From positions 866,634 to 930,633 of the forward strand of contig JAQTZF010000001.1 in the NCBI GenBank assembly GCA_028687915.1: a DNA stretch of 64,000 bases, read 5' to 3'. The position numbers and the translations under genes were made by a program. Below are positions 1-12,896 of this stretch, one piece after another. Each line of letters begins with the position of its first letter. Within the stretch, counting starts at the first letter, position 1. Below the pieces are notes generated by a model. The model was not told where the DNA came from, ran no database searches, and saw only the letters and a program-made list of their open reading frames with translations. This DNA comes from Candidatus Daviesbacteria bacterium. Its GTDB lineage: Bacteria > Patescibacteriota > Microgenomatia > Daviesbacterales > UBA10151.

Positions 1-218
1 ATAGGAGGACCTGCCTTTAAACTTTTTAAAATCTGCAGCCCATCAAGTTTGGGAAGCATGATATCCAGCATAATAACATTCCATCCACCCTGTTTAATTT
101 TTGCCAAAGCCATTTCCCCATCAATAGCAGTCTCAACAGTATACCCTTCCTGTATTAATAACTCTTCGTAAAACTCCCGTATAAATTGGTCATCTTCAAC
201 TATCAGAATCTTTGTCAT
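1..218 (-). CDS. Response regulator receiver protein (partial, runs off window start)
   Basis: Not in ORF track; my translation from ATG 218: MTKILIVEDDQFIREFYEELLIQEGYTVETAIDGEMALAKIKQGGWNVIMLDIMLPKLDG. Has the acidic pocket EDD and phosphoacceptor LDIMLP. Confidence 0.9.
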   Translation of the reverse strand, partial: MTKILIVEDDQFIREFYEELLIQEGYTVETAIDGEMALAKIKQGGWNVIMLDIMLPKLDGLQILKSLKAGPP

Positions 219-257
219 AGCTTAATATATAACATAAAATTAGGTTAAGAAGTAGAC

Positions 258-872
258 TTATCTCTTCTTCTTAATAACCATAAAGCCAATAATTAAGATA
301 ATTGTAGTTAAAATTGCAGCATTCTTTGTATTATTCAACCTGGTCTCCTCTTCACTGATAGATTCCCCTAAGATTGATTGTCGCTTTAACTTAAAGGCAG
401 CGCCGATATTATAAACCCCTCCCCTGCTACCACCTAAATCTAGTGAGTCAGAACTATCAGTTTCCCTGGGTGCAGCAGACCCATCTACAAAAGAAACTGC
501 AGCTTGTCCTAATGATTTACCAATAAATCCAATAGTAGCAATATTAGCGTTTCCTCCAACACCGCTAAAATTTCCTCTTGAAATTTTAATTATTCCATTA
601 CCATATTCACTCTCAGCCTCAATAGAGAATGCAGAAGAGTCATACTTAATCCAGCTAACTTCTAATTTATCAGAAGGATATTTTAAGAAAGCAGATACTG
701 CATTTACCTTATCATTTCCAGCTTTTAGCTTTACCTGTACCGTGTATGTTTTTCCGATAGAAATGTTTCCATCGGCAGGAGATAAATAAAGGGTGTTGGC
801 AAAAGCTGACTTTACAGGTAAAAAAATAAACAAAGTAACTGCTATCAATACAAAAATTAATTTATTCAACAT
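258..872 (-). CDS. Cohesin-domain protein with signal peptide and C-terminal TM anchor
   Basis: Signal peptide (..KSAFA); cohesin-like pattern VNAVSAFLKYPSDKLEV..IATIGF..GQAAVSF; hydrophobic tail followed by KKKR. Confidence 0.8.
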   Translation of the reverse strand: MLNKLIFVLIAVTLFIFLPVKSAFANTLYLSPADGNISIGKTYTVQVKLKAGNDKVNAVSAFLKYPSDKLEVSWIKYDSSAFSIEAESEYGNGIIKISRGNFSGVGGNANIATIGFIGKSLGQAAVSFVDGSAAPRETDSSDSLDLGGSRGGVYNIGAAFKLKRQSILGESISEEETRLNNTKNAAILTTIILIIGFMVIKKKR

Positions 873-876
873 ATAT

Positions 877-3800
877 TTACCGGGTCCATGATCTGAGCAA
901 CATCGAAAGGTCTGTAATATCTACTCTGCCGCTGCCGTTCAAATCAGCCGCACTTCCCCCTCCTTGTCCCCACATTCGAAGGAACATGGATAAGTCTGTT
1001 ACGTTAACTCTGCCATCATGGTTTATGTCTGCACTACGACCACCTCCACCGCCGCCGGATGATCCACCGCCACCTCCACCACCAGATGAACCACCACCTC
1101 CTCCTCCTCCTCCTCCGTCACTTGATGAAGGAGGAGCTGTTGGAGCAGCAGTTGGGACAACAGTTGCGTCTGCAAGCAGTAAGAAATCTGAGAAGGTAGA
1201 TGTCTGACAAGCTACTATTTTTGCCAATGTATCAAGACTACAATTTGCCAACCGATTTAATGTAGACCCATTAAAGTGATAAATTTCTAAGGTATTTTCG
1301 TCTACACCACCTAATTCATCTGCAGAATAATTAATTTCAACAGTAATAGGATTATTAAATAGATCTACCAATGTAGAAGTATCAGTTAAGGCGTTGAAGT
1401 TATAAGCATGATTTCCAACAATTACTTTTCCTGCGGGTAATGATACAGCTGTTTGCAAAGCTGCTTTCTCTAATCTCTTGATTTGGAAGTGAGCTAGGTT
1501 TGCACTCGAAGAAGCAAAGGCTGGACGGGCAGATAACCGTACCTGTCGCCCATTACCTTCTGTCAAATCAACTGTTCCACCTGAAGCTGTGGCTACTGGA
1601 GCATCTGTAAAAGCCAAAATTGCTGCATTCCCACTACAACCCTTGGTATGCAAAATGTTATTTCCCAAAGTGGTAATCGCTGTAGACTGATCATCAGATA
1701 CCAAACGATAACTGTAAGTAGAACATTTGGCCAAACCAGGAATAGATATTTCATGATTTGTGGTTCCCGCTGGATCTACTTTAGCAGTAGATTTATCATA
1801 AGACCCTGGTAAACCATATTCAATTTGAGAAGAACCTTCTATATTAGTCGACCATCTAATAGTTGCTGCATCTGAAGTTACTTCTACATCTGGTAATGTA
1901 ACAATAGTTAATTTATTAGATGGTGTCACTTCCAACCTTGGATCAACAGAAGTAACACTGGTATTATCATCAAGTAAAGTTGCTCTAAAGTAATAGGTTG
2001 GAGCAAGTAAAGTAACTCCAAAAATACTGACTGGTCGATATTCAGCAATCCAGCGGGTTTGATATAAAGTAGAGTCAGATAAAGTAATAGGATCTGGATC
2101 AGCTGTTACTGCGCTATCACCAATTGGTCCAATACCGGCTTTTCTTACATTCCAACCCACACGTTTGCCATTACACTCACCCTTAGTGGAAACAGCAAGA
2201 TTTACCTCAGATCCTTCAGTTACTTTAGCAGCTGGGGCACTCCATGAAGCAGAAGTTAAGGCACAGGGCTCCGGAGCAGGGGTAGGTGTTGATGTAGGTA
2301 TTACAGTTGGAGTTGGGCTAGCTGTAGGAGTTGAAGTCATGGTTGGAGTAGCAGTTGGAACTCTAGTTGGGGTAGGAGTGTTAGTTGGGGCACTTGTTGG
2401 TGTTGATGTTAACGTTGGTATTGGCGTTTGTGTAGGAGTTTGGGTGGGTGTAGGGGTGGATGTTGGTGTATTAGTTGGAGTTGGTGTAGCAGTTGCTGTT
2501 GGTGTTGGAGTTGGGGTTCCACCTGTACCAGAGGTAACAGTGAGTAGTGATTGAGTGGTATTAACAGTATTACCCTGAGTTAAGGTAGCATTAAAGTAAT
2601 ACTGGGGATCTGTAAGTGGTATTAAAGGATTATGTTCAGAAATCCAGGTGGTAGTAGCCAGATTAGAAGAAGACATAATAACAGTTTGTGGGTTTGGTTG
2701 ATTAGTAATTACAGATGGATCATCACCTAATCCATTTCTTCTAACCTCAAAGGTTATACTCTTTCCAGTACAGTCTCCTGTACCATTTACTCTAAGGGTT
2801 ACCTCAGCACCTGTGGTTACATTGTTACTGCTCCAGGAAGCTGTGGATAAAGAACATGCTTGTCCTGTAACAGTATCAGACCACACATAACCTTGGTAGG
2901 CCTTAATAGTTTCAGCTAGCTTGTTCATATAGAAGAAATCACTTCCATCAGTTAGCCAGGGGTAGCTAGTATATTTCTGAAGATTTTGTGGAGTATCATT
3001 TTGCAGCAAAGCTTTTGCCATAAAAAGTTGATAAGAATTGATAGGATATGTTGTCCCATGTTCCCCTCCTACAACATCTTCCATATATGGCATATACCAA
3101 TGTGGCATTAATGTAGTGAATTTATTGACAAAAACCTCAGCATCCTGTTTTGCAAAATCTGCAATTATTCTCAAAGTTTCTGGAACCATATCGTTATAAG
3201 CTGATAATTGAGCCATTTGCAGATATTCATATCCTCTTATTTCCATGGGTATTGGCGGATAAAAACTGGTGCTATCTGCTAAAGAGGTACTAAATTGATC
3301 CTGAACTGCAATTTGCCTGGGGTCATCATATGCTCCTCTCCAGTTATAATTCCAAAGCCATCCTGGCCAATCCCCTGCTCCATACTTAGGCATCCAATCA
3401 GGGTCAGTTGGTAAAGTTTGTAAACCAGAGGAATAAAGGTAGCGCGGATATATTGTCATAGCAATTCTTTGTGTAATAGTTTTAGCGAGCAGCGCTCTGC
3501 CAATATTTTCATCACTATCTCCGTTTGCTTTTGCTAACTTAATAAATCCAATTAATCCATCTAAAAGCCGGTTTGTATTTATTAATGTAGAATGCCCGCT
3601 TACCACTCCTACATTAAATCCTCTAAACCAGGAAGAAGTAGCCCAATCATGCTCTGCCATATCATTATTCAAAGCAGTTTTTGCAGCAGTAAGAACTGAA
3701 GCAGGGATAGAACCAGTTGAAGGCAACTCGTAATAATTAGCTAAGGAATAAAAATTATAAAGAGGAACACGTTTGAGAAATAAATGAGGATTTCGTTGCT

Positions 3801-5508
3801 GAAAGGATTGAAAATTATTTCTTCCCCCATCTACACTACTCGGTTCATTGTTCCTGACAGCATAATCAGTACGCTGAGTTCCTAAATTAGGTAAATTATA
3901 TACAGTTTCCGGTCTGTAACTGGAATTAGTTCTTTCTGATTTTATATATTCAATCAAACGGTTTTTGGGAGCTTGAGGGTCAGAAGAATCAGGTAAAGCA
4001 TGTGCTGCTGCAGTGAGCTGATGGATAATATCAGCTGGATTTAGATAGTAAATATAGCCGGCAGTATAATCATTTAACGGAAGATGTACAGGATAAATCC
4101 AGGGAGAGAAATGACCAGCCTGAATAGTTTTATCAACCTCAGCAACAAGCTTTTGGATTAATTCAGCTGGTGCTCCACTTGGATTAGTAGGGACTCTTTG
4201 GGAATCAGTATATTTCTTAAGTCCTGAGATAGAATAAGAGTAAGTGTTGGTATTATCTATACCAATGATAGGACCAAATTCTGTAGAGTAATTAGCATCA
4301 GTTAGAGTTCCTGTGATATTAGCATGGATTGCATCTTTGGCTAAGGATAATAATGGAGGTAAAATAGCAAAACCTGAGGTAGTAGATCCTCCAGAACAGA
4401 CATTAAGATAATTAATGTTTTCTGTAATTGTTGAAGTATCAGTATTAGCATCATAGTTATATGTTTCTGATACTGTAGTAGGATAACTACATAATCTGTT
4501 TGTCCAGAAGTTAATCTTAGAAATAACATTAGCAGGTAATGTTCCTGTTCCCCAGTTTTCTGTATCAGAAGCTCTTAAGTGTTCCCTGCCAAACAAAGGT
4601 AACATAGAAGTATTACCAGAGTTAGTGCTAAATGTTAAATCTATTCCTCCTTCTGTAGTTTGTTTAATGCTGGTTGGATTATTCTGGAATTTAAGGAGTA
4701 TGGGAGCATCAGCTTGGTAGGCTTGAGAATGAGGTAGAATATTTCTATTATCACTATCATAATATGTAGCTGGAGACTTAGTATCAGCAAAATGTGAATT
4801 ATTTCCATACCAAACTAATACCCAGTTATTATCCAGAGCTGGTAAGGTTAAAGCTGCAGCACCTGAGGCTGGAATAGCCTGAACTTGGATATTTCCACCT
4901 ATTGAGTAAGCAATATATTTAGGTGAAGATGGAGATGCAGTTCTATTATTAACAACAGTTGGATCATAGGATGGTCCACTATAACTAACTATTGCTCCAT
5001 TTAAATTACCAGAAAATAGCCTTAAGGAATTATTTAAGTTTTGGATTAATATAACTGGAGAAAGCCTGGAAACCCAAATATTCAAGTTATTGGTAAAAGT
5101 CATCTGATTATGTGACCAATCAGCTGCTTGATCGCTTAAAGCAGGTGTAGTTTCCGGAATCTTAATTTGCCCTAACTCAATGCCTTGCAGAGGTCCATAG
5201 AGACGGCCCCACCCTATATTAGCTGCTCCACCCTGCAAAGACAAAGATGGTATACCGGAAACCCGAACTGTTGTTATTAAACCAGCTGTTTGATTACCAT
5301 TAACTGTTGAGGACCTAAGTCCCATAGCCCCTGTCTGCCAAATAGACGGATCAACAGTTTGAGCATTAACTTCGCTTAAGCTAAAAGTTAAAAATGCAAA
5401 GTTAAAAATTAACCACAAAGATATTATTTTTAAAATATCTTTACGTCCCGCCTTGGCGGGAGGCAAACTTTGTTTGATTCTTGAATCGTGAATCCTAAAT
5501 CTTATCAT
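877..5508 (-). CDS. Giant secreted modular protein: helical domain, two 2-Cys modules, PT linker, FN3-like domain, Gly linker, C-terminal dockerin
   Basis: Signal peptide; duplicated Ca-binding loops [18 protein letters not shown] / [18 protein letters not shown] (dockerin); FN3-like [29 protein letters not shown]. Confidence 0.8.
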   Translation of the reverse strand: MIRFRIHDSRIKQSLPPAKAGRKDILKIISLWLIFNFAFLTFSLSEVNAQTVDPSIWQTGAMGLRSSTVNGNQTAGLITTVRVSGIPSLSLQGGAANIGWGRLYGPLQGIELGQIKIPETTPALSDQAADWSHNQMTFTNNLNIWVSRLSPVILIQNLNNSLRLFSGNLNGAIVSYSGPSYDPTVVNNRTASPSSPKYIAYSIGGNIQVQAIPASGAAALTLPALDNNWVLVWYGNNSHFADTKSPATYYDSDNRNILPHSQAYQADAPILLKFQNNPTSIKQTTEGGIDLTFSTNSGNTSMLPLFGREHLRASDTENWGTGTLPANVISKINFWTNRLCSYPTTVSETYNYDANTDTSTITENINYLNVCSGGSTTSGFAILPPLLSLAKDAIHANITGTLTDANYSTEFGPIIGIDNTNTYSYSISGLKKYTDSQRVPTNPSGAPAELIQKLVAEVDKTIQAGHFSPWIYPVHLPLNDYTAGYIYYLNPADIIHQLTAAAHALPDSSDPQAPKNRLIEYIKSERTNSSYRPETVYNLPNLGTQRTDYAVRNNEPSSVDGGRNNFQSFQQRNPHLFLKRVPLYNFYSLANYYELPSTGSIPASVLTAAKTALNNDMAEHDWATSSWFRGFNVGVVSGHSTLINTNRLLDGLIGFIKLAKANGDSDENIGRALLAKTITQRIAMTIYPRYLYSSGLQTLPTDPDWMPKYGAGDWPGWLWNYNWRGAYDDPRQIAVQDQFSTSLADSTSFYPPIPMEIRGYEYLQMAQLSAYNDMVPETLRIIADFAKQDAEVFVNKFTTLMPHWYMPYMEDVVGGEHGTTYPINSYQLFMAKALLQNDTPQNLQKYTSYPWLTDGSDFFYMNKLAETIKAYQGYVWSDTVTGQACSLSTASWSSNNVTTGAEVTLRVNGTGDCTGKSITFEVRRNGLGDDPSVITNQPNPQTVIMSSSNLATTTWISEHNPLIPLTDPQYYFNATLTQGNTVNTTQSLLTVTSGTGGTPTPTPTATATPTPTNTPTSTPTPTQTPTQTPIPTLTSTPTSAPTNTPTPTRVPTATPTMTSTPTASPTPTVIPTSTPTPAPEPCALTSASWSAPAAKVTEGSEVNLAVSTKGECNGKRVGWNVRKAGIGPIGDSAVTADPDPITLSDSTLYQTRWIAEYRPVSIFGVTLLAPTYYFRATLLDDNTSVTSVDPRLEVTPSNKLTIVTLPDVEVTSDAATIRWSTNIEGSSQIEYGLPGSYDKSTAKVDPAGTTNHEISIPGLAKCSTYSYRLVSDDQSTAITTLGNNILHTKGCSGNAAILAFTDAPVATASGGTVDLTEGNGRQVRLSARPAFASSSANLAHFQIKRLEKAALQTAVSLPAGKVIVGNHAYNFNALTDTSTLVDLFNNPITVEINYSADELGGVDENTLEIYHFNGSTLNRLANCSLDTLAKIVACQTSTFSDFLLLADATVVPTAAPTAPPSSSDGGGGGGGGGSSGGGGGGGSSGGGGGGRSADINHDGRVNVTDLSMFLRMWGQGGGSAADLNGSGRVDITDLSMLLRSWTR
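1040..1117 (-). repeat. Gly/Ser low-complexity linker before the dockerin
   Basis: (CCN)n runs on + strand encoding [26 protein letters not shown]. Confidence 0.9.
2275..2525 (-). repeat. Pro/Thr-rich linker (TPTPT repeats); similar linkers near 11280-11370, 17545-17600, 18265-18350, 20110-20260
   Basis: Direct translation. Confidence 0.9.
5446..5508. repeat. Short GC-rich palindrome plus degenerate 7-bp tandem repeats in the 5' end of the 1543-aa gene
   Basis: TCCCGCC-TT-GGCGGGA at 5446-5461; TTGATTC TTGAATC GTGAATC CTAAATC at 5474-5501. Confidence 0.7.
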
Positions 5509-8500
5509 TATGGATTAACCTCCCTAACGATTAACTCATGAGTGCTAATATGGTAAATCTTCCCATTAGAGATAGAGGCTGGATTAGATCTGCCTTCTAA
5601 CTGAGTCGACATTTGCCGGTTACGGAAACCTGCACCAATTTCTGTCCAGCGGCGGTTAGTAAGATCAAAAGCACCGGTGTAGTTAGCATTGCCTTCCTGA
5701 ACATGGAAAGAAAAAATTGTATTACCGGCACAAGTTGGATTTAAGTTCTCGTCAGCATTACCAAACCCTGCAGGATTATTAAAGTTAGAAAGTGAGAATG
5801 GCTGACCATTTCTACCATAATTATCAAACAACACATCAACTAATCTTTGGCGACCCAAATCTAACCGTCCCCAACCACTCATTAAAAAGCTCACTGGTAT
5901 TACCAAATACCCATCTTTATCAACACAAGGAGCGCTTTGGGCACCACTTAAACTTTGGGCATTCCAGTTTGGAACTGCAGTTGTTTCTCGACCAGTTGTT
6001 TCATCAAGGAGATAAATAATTTTATCTGTATATTTACCAGGATTATTTTGATAATCCTGCATCACAGTATCCTGAACACTCATAGCTAAAGGCACCTGAG
6101 TTAAATTACCAGCAGCAATCGTTGGTCCATTAGTAATATACCAGCTTGCCTGAGGGCTAGCAGCATCCCAAAATTCATTTAAAGGATACCCTGGATTAAT
6201 ACCAGCATTAGCTCTTTTAGCCTGAGGTATTATTACTACTTTTCCCTGGGTAACAACTGGCCAGTATTCTTTGAAAGAGACACCTGGAATTTTCATATCT
6301 GCTCCTTGAGCATTTTTACTTCTCCAAGAAAGAGTACCATCAGCTGTATTAATGGCGTATACATACATATTCATCCCCCCAAGAAAAGCTCTGTTTATAT
6401 TATCAGCTCCTTTATTAAAGGCAGCAGTCATCATAATAGGAGCCCCAGTGTTATAGCTCCAAAGTACATTACCATTATCAGGATTTAGACCATAGAAAAT
6501 ACCATCATGTCCTCCCAGCATTATTTTATTATCAGCTATAAGTGGAGCAGCTGAAAAGCCCTCTTGATTTAGTTTCTTCTGCCAAACCTGATTACCATTC
6601 ATATCAACCGCATATACTGAACCATTTAAAGTAGCAAAGAAGACTTTATTGTCATAAGCTGCAGCTGAGTTTAGGATTGATCCATCAGCTTCAAATTTCC
6701 AAACTACCCTTCCTACATTTGCATTTAAGAGGTTAGGATTTACTGCATCAATCGCATAAAGAGTTGGTTTTTGACCATTAGATCCTTCAGTGCCTACAAA
6801 AACTTTGCCCTGATAAATAATAGCCTGTGTTTGAGGATGAACCCTATCGGGCTGGAATGGATAAGTCCATGAAACCTTAAATCTTTCATGAGGGAGAAGA
6901 GAATAATTAATATTAAAGTTCTCAGCTGAATAACCTGTATGTTGTGGATCTTTCCCAACCTGTGGCCAATCATTAGGATTACCTGGAACAGGTGTTGGAG
7001 TAATATTTGAGGTAACAGTTAACATATTATTTTTGTTATCTAAAGTATTACCTCCGGTTGTTGAGGCTTTAAAGTAATATGTAGGATCACCCAAAGATAT
7101 ACCAAGTAATCTTAATGGGTTAAATTCAGATACCCATGATCCTACTCCCTGCCCCTGGGTATTTAAAGTAATAGCCTGAGGCTGAATGTTTGCTAATATA
7201 TCATCCAAAGCTGTAGATCCATATCTTCTAACCTCAAGGTTAACTTGTTTGTTAGCACAATTAGTATCACCTACTACATTCAGATTAACAGTACTTCCCT
7301 GTGTAGCAGTTAAAGTATTCCAGGCAACAGCGGTTAGATTACATGGAACTGCTCTTAAGTCTACCCAAGTAGTTGTTCCATAAGCTTCAAGAGTTCTTGA
7401 AAGCCTTTCCCAATAGAACAAATCTTCTTTAACCCAAGGAATATCCAAATACTTCCTGAGTTCATCCCCACTCTTTTTAGCTCCCAAAGACTTCATTAGG
7501 AAAATTGACTGAATATTATGTGGATTTACGTACATAATTTCTCCAGCAAAGCTATTCATACCTCTTTGCATATAAGTGATTGGCATAGCTTGATCAAAAA
7601 ACTGTTCATATCTTTGGACATCAGATGAACCGAAGTCAGTAAGCAATCTAGCTACTTCTGGAGTTAGCTCTCGAAGCTGAGGAATGTTAGTATCCATTGC
7701 CCCAGATCTTTGAACAAATTTACCTGCAGTACCATCCTGACCATTAATCCAAGCACTGGTATTTGGATCACTTCCATTCCCATCAGTTGGCCTTAAATTA
7801 TTAAGGTAGCGAAGCCTGGCTTGCATTGCTAAAGTTGCTAAATTAGTGGCCCAAGTAACCTCTGTTTGATCGTTCATATGTTGGGCAATACGGGCATAAG
7901 CAATTAATGCTGATAGCCTGCGGTTAGCGGAATCATACACATTAATACAAGAAGCACCAATACAAGATGGGTCCACTGATGCCAGACCCAACAACCCAGC
8001 GTCTCCACTAGTTAATTCACTAAGAACAGACCCTTTTACTCCATTAGCACCAAAATTGGGATTTTTAATCTGATCCCAATGACTTTCAATCCATGTCCAA
8101 TCATTAGCTTGATAAGCATAGCTCCAAATATTATAAAGTCGGTCAAATGTTTTTCTGGTAGGAACAAAAGTGCCACCCCAGGTAATACCTTCACAAGGAC
8201 TTTGGCTAGTACCGCCTTGGAAATTACAATACCTGAAAGGTCCCGGAGCAAATGGTTGACGAGACTTATTATTATCCTGGGTTACAGTACTATTGGTATA
8301 TATTAGACCATCGTTCCAGGGATAACGTTTTTCTGGTGAAAAAGAATCAATTGGATTCAAATTTGAATTATTCCATTCATTATTTACAAAAGTTTTGATC
8401 TGATTTTGTAGGTTTGATGACAAATAAGGATAAGCCAATGAAAGATAGAAGGCTGTTTCTGATGGTTCTAAGTAATAACCCTTAAAAACTTCCTTACCTG

Positions 8501-11500
8501 GAATAAAAATCCATGGGTTAAGCCTGCCTGTTGTTAAGAAATTATTAACTTCTGTCTCCAAAGAAGTTCTTAAATCAGCTGATTTATTGATATCTATACT
8601 AGTCTTTGTAGGCACTTCCCAAATATAATGCTCAAGCTCAGCTTGAGTTGGAATATTTACAGCTGCTGCTGAAGATGTGGCAATGCTTTGTCGAGGATAA
8701 GGAGTAATAGTTGGTATTGGGGTTGGACTTACTCCTGGCAAGTGACCCTGAACCATAGCCACTATTCCACCGTAGTTAACAATAATTTTATCACCAGAAA
8801 CAGATGGGCCATAAGAAGTGCCACCTGCAAAATCATTAGGCACTAAACCAAAATTAAGAGTTCGGGGATTATGATCTACTAAGTGGTTTGCAAAATTATC
8901 TCTTTCACCAATGATTGATTCTAAATCACCAGTGTTAGTATTTATACTTCCTAACCCTGCCCATTGATTAGTATAAATTTTATTACCAGCTGCGGAAAAA
9001 GCTGTTGTTTCGTCTCCAATCATCCAAATATTGGAGTTAGATTGATTATTACAAGAAACAGTATTACAAAAAACTGGGTTATTGCTTGGGTTCCTCAGAG
9101 TAACATTACCAGTGGCTGGATCCATCTGGCCAAAGCCATTCATAATATACCATTGGTTATCATTATCGTAGTCAGAGTAATAGCTGCGATTTAAAACCCA
9201 AAGTTGCCCAGTGTTGTTAACTACTGGAGGTACTCCAGGATAACCATTACCTGCTGTCCAGAGAATTGGAGCAGTGTAAGATTTTTGGCCATTACTAATA
9301 TTCAAAACATGGAAAGTTTCAAATTGGGGCCTACCGGAAATTGTTTGGCCATTTGTAGCAGTAAAAGTATTCCCTTGTAAGTAATTGCGGATCGTATTTT
9401 GTTCCCTGGTAATACCAGCAGAATCAGTTGCCACCCTCCACTGGAAACAAGGGATATTATTACGATTAAGCCAACCACGACTCGTAGGATAGTCATTACA
9501 ACCAGCGCTAAAGGCAAGTAGTTTTTCTTCCTCGTTTAGAACAGAATTAACATCATCATTTGGAGCTGAACGGAAAATAACTTTATCATTGCTAATTACT
9601 GGATAGTTTCCTCTTAAGCTTTGACCAGCTAACTGAGATGATTCCCAGAGTTTTGTACCTGTAGTATTAAAGGCATAAGCCTTCATGTCTTCTGCGCCAA
9701 AGTAAATAGTTCCATTAGCAAAAGCTGGTGAAGTTAAAATTGCTGTTCCAATATTAGCTTCCCAACGTCTATTGCCATTATTTTTATCAATAGCATAGAA
9801 ATAACCATCACGGCCACCAATGTAAACAGAATCATTTGTCACAACTGGAGTGGCCCAAAAACCACCTTGTCTGCCACTTCTAAAAGTCCACTTAACAGCG
9901 GGCACACCATTTGTAATACTGTTGCCATCAATGGCATAAACATTACCATCTAGGGAGCCTACATAAACCACCCCTCCTTCAACTGTTGGAGAATTTAAGA
10001 TTCCACCAATGAATTGTCCAGATTGAGGATATCGCCAAGCCTGAGCACCAGTATTAAGATCCATTGCATACATTGAGCCATTGGCAGTACCAATATAAAC
10101 TAAGTCCCGGTTATTCGGTATATCACGAGCAATTGGAGGTTGGTAACCAGAAACTACTTCTTCCTTAAATTCTGACCAAAAATCACGATACCAAACTTTG
10201 GTATAAGGTCCATCAGGACCATTTTGGGTTGATCCGGATCTTTGATTATCATGAGCCAAAGTGGGCCAATCAGTAGAGCTAGTTGGAATTCCTCCGGTAA
10301 CAGTAAGTAAACTGCCTTTATTATCAATAGTATTTCCTCCAGCTACATTAGCTCTAAAATAATATTGAGGATTAGTAAATGGAATTAATGGATTATGTTC
10401 TGCTACCCAGGTGGTAGTAGCTGAACCTGAAGAGATATTAGCTGGTTGAGGTTGGATAGTAGCTGGAATATCATCAATTAATAATCCATTTCTTCTTACC
10501 TCAAAGTTAACCGTCTTACCATTACAATTATTATCTCCTGTAACATTTAGATTTATTGTTGATCCAGTAGTAGTGGTTTGAGTACTCCAGGAAGCTGTAG
10601 TTAGATTACATGCTGCTGGGGTTGGTGTAGCAGTAGGAGTAGGAGTTGAAATTAAGTCAGGATCAGCATTATAAACATTAATATTATCAAAGTAGGCTCT
10701 CAAACTATGTGAATGCCACCAATCTTGCACACCAACCGCTATTTGAGGTAGGTAAAAAGTCCCTGTTGAAGAATCTGTTATTTGAGCTACTTGAGTACCA
10801 TCAATCCAAAGGCTAGCAATAGCCCCTGTACCACTCCAGTCATAACTCCATTTCCAAGTCTGCCAGGTATTTATAACAGGAGCATTGGTTAAATCAGCAC
10901 TAATATTATTACCATTTAGTCCTCTAATATTAAATTGATATCTAGAAGTAGTTTGGTTATATGAAACCCACATAGTCCCACTATAAACTGGTGCCTGATC
11001 ATACCAAGCTAGAAAAACAGCTTGAGTAGTTAAATTAGATCTTAAATTAACATCAAGCTTGCCCCATAATTGCTTAGAAGCAGGACTTGAGACAGTTCTT
11101 AAAGCTACAGCTCTCATGCCTTCGTTAACTGCTGGTACAAAAGCATCCAAGCCTAACGAGCCTGATCTGGCAGCACTAGATGAAGCAACTAAAGTAGATC
11201 CTGTACCTAAAATAGAAGTACTAGTCCATTTGCTTAAGTTATTTCCCTCAAAATCATCATTAAAGATGGCTTGTGCAGATCCTGGTGTAGGAGTAGCAGT
11301 TGGAGTTGGTGTAGGAGTTGGTGTGGCTGTAGCTGTTGGAGTAGCTGTTGGGGTTGGTGTTGGTGTTCCACCTGTACCAGAAGTAACAGTTAATAAATTA
11401 GCTTTATTATCTATAATATTACCACCTTGAGTAGAAGCTTTGAAGTAATACTGTGGATCAGTAAATGGTATTAATGGATTATGTTCTGCTACCCATAATC

Positions 11501-12896
11501 CTGTTCCTGTTCCCTGAGCATTAAGAACAATAACTGCTGGCTGATTAGTAGCTGGAATATCATCTAAGGCTGTTGAACCATTTCTTCTTACTTCAAGATT
11601 AACTTGTTTGTTAGCACAGTTTGTATCACCTGTAACATTTAGGCTTACTGTTAATCCAGTAGTAGTGGCTTGAGTACTCCAGGAAGCTGAGGTTAAATTA
11701 CAAGGAGCTGAAGTTGAGGAAGGTGCTTCAATAGCAGCTACTAACTTTTGCATATAGAGTAAATCACCTTTTCTATCTGGTTTATCTAAGTAGCTTTTTA
11801 GCTGAGTAGCTGAATTACCTTCAACATATGCTTTAAGCATAAAATAAGTCCAGGAAATCTCTGGTGATGCATAAGAACTTTCACTCCAGCTTATAGCAGA
11901 AGAATTTAACCAACCCATGGGCACATCAGTTAGGATCTTAGAGGCATAAGCTCCAGCTTGAGCAGCAGCATTATCTTTAAGAAAACTTCCTACTTCCCTG
12001 CTAAAGAGTAATCCTACAGGATTTCTTTGGAACATAAAAATTGGAGTAGTATAACCATAATCTAAAGGATTATCCAAATTAAAAGCATTAGGGAATTTTG
12101 TTTTAGCATTGGTCAAAAACTGATTAAAATTAACACCACTGGCAAAACCAGTTTCAGCAAAAGCTAAAGCGTCATTATAATCAGCTGTATTTCCTAAATG
12201 CTGGGCAATTCTGGCAAAACCAATAGCTCCTGATAAATCACTATATGTAGTAATACCCGCAGTCTTAAGGTTTGTATAAATAGTCCTTAAGTCATTGTAG
12301 CTGCTTGTAGCATATGCCCAATCTCCGGTGTTTTGTGAATAAATCCAAATTGCATAAAGAGCAGCTGGATTTACTCTCGGTGCTACCCAGGTATTTGAGG
12401 CAGGCGGATCTTTATGCCAATAGCTAAAATTCTCATTAGGATTGGGAATAAAATACTCTCTTCTTGCCCCAGGTAACTGAGAAATATTACCTGCTGCATT
12501 TCCATTTGGATTAGTAACTGGATAAAAAGAACTTGAATGTGGAGGATAACTGCTAATTTCATTTTTTAAATAATTGCTAACTGCAGTTTTTAAACCAGGA
12601 GATAAATAAGGATAGGCTGCACTTAGGGTATAAATTGTCTCAACTGGGGAGGAGTAAAAAATCAAAGGATTGCCTCCTAAACCTATAAAATATAGTGTTG
12701 GCGCCATATGTCCAGCACTAACCATTTCTTGAACTTTTACTTCTAATTCGCTTTGTAGATCCTGAGTATCAGCTGTAATACTTACTGGCTGAGGGATATT
12801 GTTAGTGTAATTTTCATAGGCAGCTTCAACTTTACCAATTCCAGAGAAGATAAATAGTAAGAATAAAATTCCTAGTTTTAAGAATATGTTTTTCAT
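5508..12896 (-). CDS. Giant secreted modular protein: two helical domains, concanavalin/LamG-like domain, two PQQ-type beta-propellers, three 2-Cys modules
   Basis: Signal peptide (..KVEA); PQQ/BamB-type repeats ([42 protein letters not shown]); FNDDFE..LWIDG..YFDNI jelly-roll pattern. Confidence 0.75.
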   Translation of the reverse strand: MKNIFLKLGILFLLFIFSGIGKVEAAYENYTNNIPQPVSITADTQDLQSELEVKVQEMVSAGHMAPTLYFIGLGGNPLIFYSSPVETIYTLSAAYPYLSPGLKTAVSNYLKNEISSYPPHSSSFYPVTNPNGNAAGNISQLPGARREYFIPNPNENFSYWHKDPPASNTWVAPRVNPAALYAIWIYSQNTGDWAYATSSYNDLRTIYTNLKTAGITTYSDLSGAIGFARIAQHLGNTADYNDALAFAETGFASGVNFNQFLTNAKTKFPNAFNLDNPLDYGYTTPIFMFQRNPVGLLFSREVGSFLKDNAAAQAGAYASKILTDVPMGWLNSSAISWSESSYASPEISWTYFMLKAYVEGNSATQLKSYLDKPDRKGDLLYMQKLVAAIEAPSSTSAPCNLTSASWSTQATTTGLTVSLNVTGDTNCANKQVNLEVRRNGSTALDDIPATNQPAVIVLNAQGTGTGLWVAEHNPLIPFTDPQYYFKASTQGGNIIDNKANLLTVTSGTGGTPTPTPTATPTATATPTPTPTPTATPTPGSAQAIFNDDFEGNNLSKWTSTSILGTGSTLVASSSAARSGSLGLDAFVPAVNEGMRAVALRTVSSPASKQLWGKLDVNLRSNLTTQAVFLAWYDQAPVYSGTMWVSYNQTTSRYQFNIRGLNGNNISADLTNAPVINTWQTWKWSYDWSGTGAIASLWIDGTQVAQITDSSTGTFYLPQIAVGVQDWWHSHSLRAYFDNINVYNADPDLISTPTPTATPTPAACNLTTASWSTQTTTTGSTINLNVTGDNNCNGKTVNFEVRRNGLLIDDIPATIQPQPANISSGSATTTWVAEHNPLIPFTNPQYYFRANVAGGNTIDNKGSLLTVTGGIPTSSTDWPTLAHDNQRSGSTQNGPDGPYTKVWYRDFWSEFKEEVVSGYQPPIARDIPNNRDLVYIGTANGSMYAMDLNTGAQAWRYPQSGQFIGGILNSPTVEGGVVYVGSLDGNVYAIDGNSITNGVPAVKWTFRSGRQGGFWATPVVTNDSVYIGGRDGYFYAIDKNNGNRRWEANIGTAILTSPAFANGTIYFGAEDMKAYAFNTTGTKLWESSQLAGQSLRGNYPVISNDKVIFRSAPNDDVNSVLNEEEKLLAFSAGCNDYPTSRGWLNRNNIPCFQWRVATDSAGITREQNTIRNYLQGNTFTATNGQTISGRPQFETFHVLNISNGQKSYTAPILWTAGNGYPGVPPVVNNTGQLWVLNRSYYSDYDNDNQWYIMNGFGQMDPATGNVTLRNPSNNPVFCNTVSCNNQSNSNIWMIGDETTAFSAAGNKIYTNQWAGLGSINTNTGDLESIIGERDNFANHLVDHNPRTLNFGLVPNDFAGGTSYGPSVSGDKIIVNYGGIVAMVQGHLPGVSPTPIPTITPYPRQSIATSSAAAVNIPTQAELEHYIWEVPTKTSIDINKSADLRTSLETEVNNFLTTGRLNPWIFIPGKEVFKGYYLEPSETAFYLSLAYPYLSSNLQNQIKTFVNNEWNNSNLNPIDSFSPEKRYPWNDGLIYTNSTVTQDNNKSRQPFAPGPFRYCNFQGGTSQSPCEGITWGGTFVPTRKTFDRLYNIWSYAYQANDWTWIESHWDQIKNPNFGANGVKGSVLSELTSGDAGLLGLASVDPSCIGASCINVYDSANRRLSALIAYARIAQHMNDQTEVTWATNLATLAMQARLRYLNNLRPTDGNGSDPNTSAWINGQDGTAGKFVQRSGAMDTNIPQLRELTPEVARLLTDFGSSDVQRYEQFFDQAMPITYMQRGMNSFAGEIMYVNPHNIQSIFLMKSLGAKKSGDELRKYLDIPWVKEDLFYWERLSRTLEAYGTTTWVDLRAVPCNLTAVAWNTLTATQGSTVNLNVVGDTNCANKQVNLEVRRYGSTALDDILANIQPQAITLNTQGQGVGSWVSEFNPLRLLGISLGDPTYYFKASTTGGNTLDNKNNMLTVTSNITPTPVPGNPNDWPQVGKDPQHTGYSAENFNINYSLLPHERFKVSWTYPFQPDRVHPQTQAIIYQGKVFVGTEGSNGQKPTLYAIDAVNPNLLNANVGRVVWKFEADGSILNSAAAYDNKVFFATLNGSVYAVDMNGNQVWQKKLNQEGFSAAPLIADNKIMLGGHDGIFYGLNPDNGNVLWSYNTGAPIMMTAAFNKGADNINRAFLGGMNMYVYAINTADGTLSWRSKNAQGADMKIPGVSFKEYWPVVTQGKVVIIPQAKRANAGINPGYPLNEFWDAASPQASWYITNGPTIAAGNLTQVPLAMSVQDTVMQDYQNNPGKYTDKIIYLLDETTGRETTAVPNWNAQSLSGAQSAPCVDKDGYLVIPVSFLMSGWGRLDLGRQRLVDVLFDNYGRNGQPFSLSNFNNPAGFGNADENLNPTCAGNTIFSFHVQEGNANYTGAFDLTNRRWTEIGAGFRNRQMSTQLEGRSNPASISNGKIYHISTHELIVREVNP

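Noticed and set aside
986-2554. Plus-strand ORFs rich in Pro or Val/Gly (986-1207, 2165-2554; also 11059-11430, 63589-63774)
   Set aside because: Antisense shadows of Gly and PT linkers of real genes
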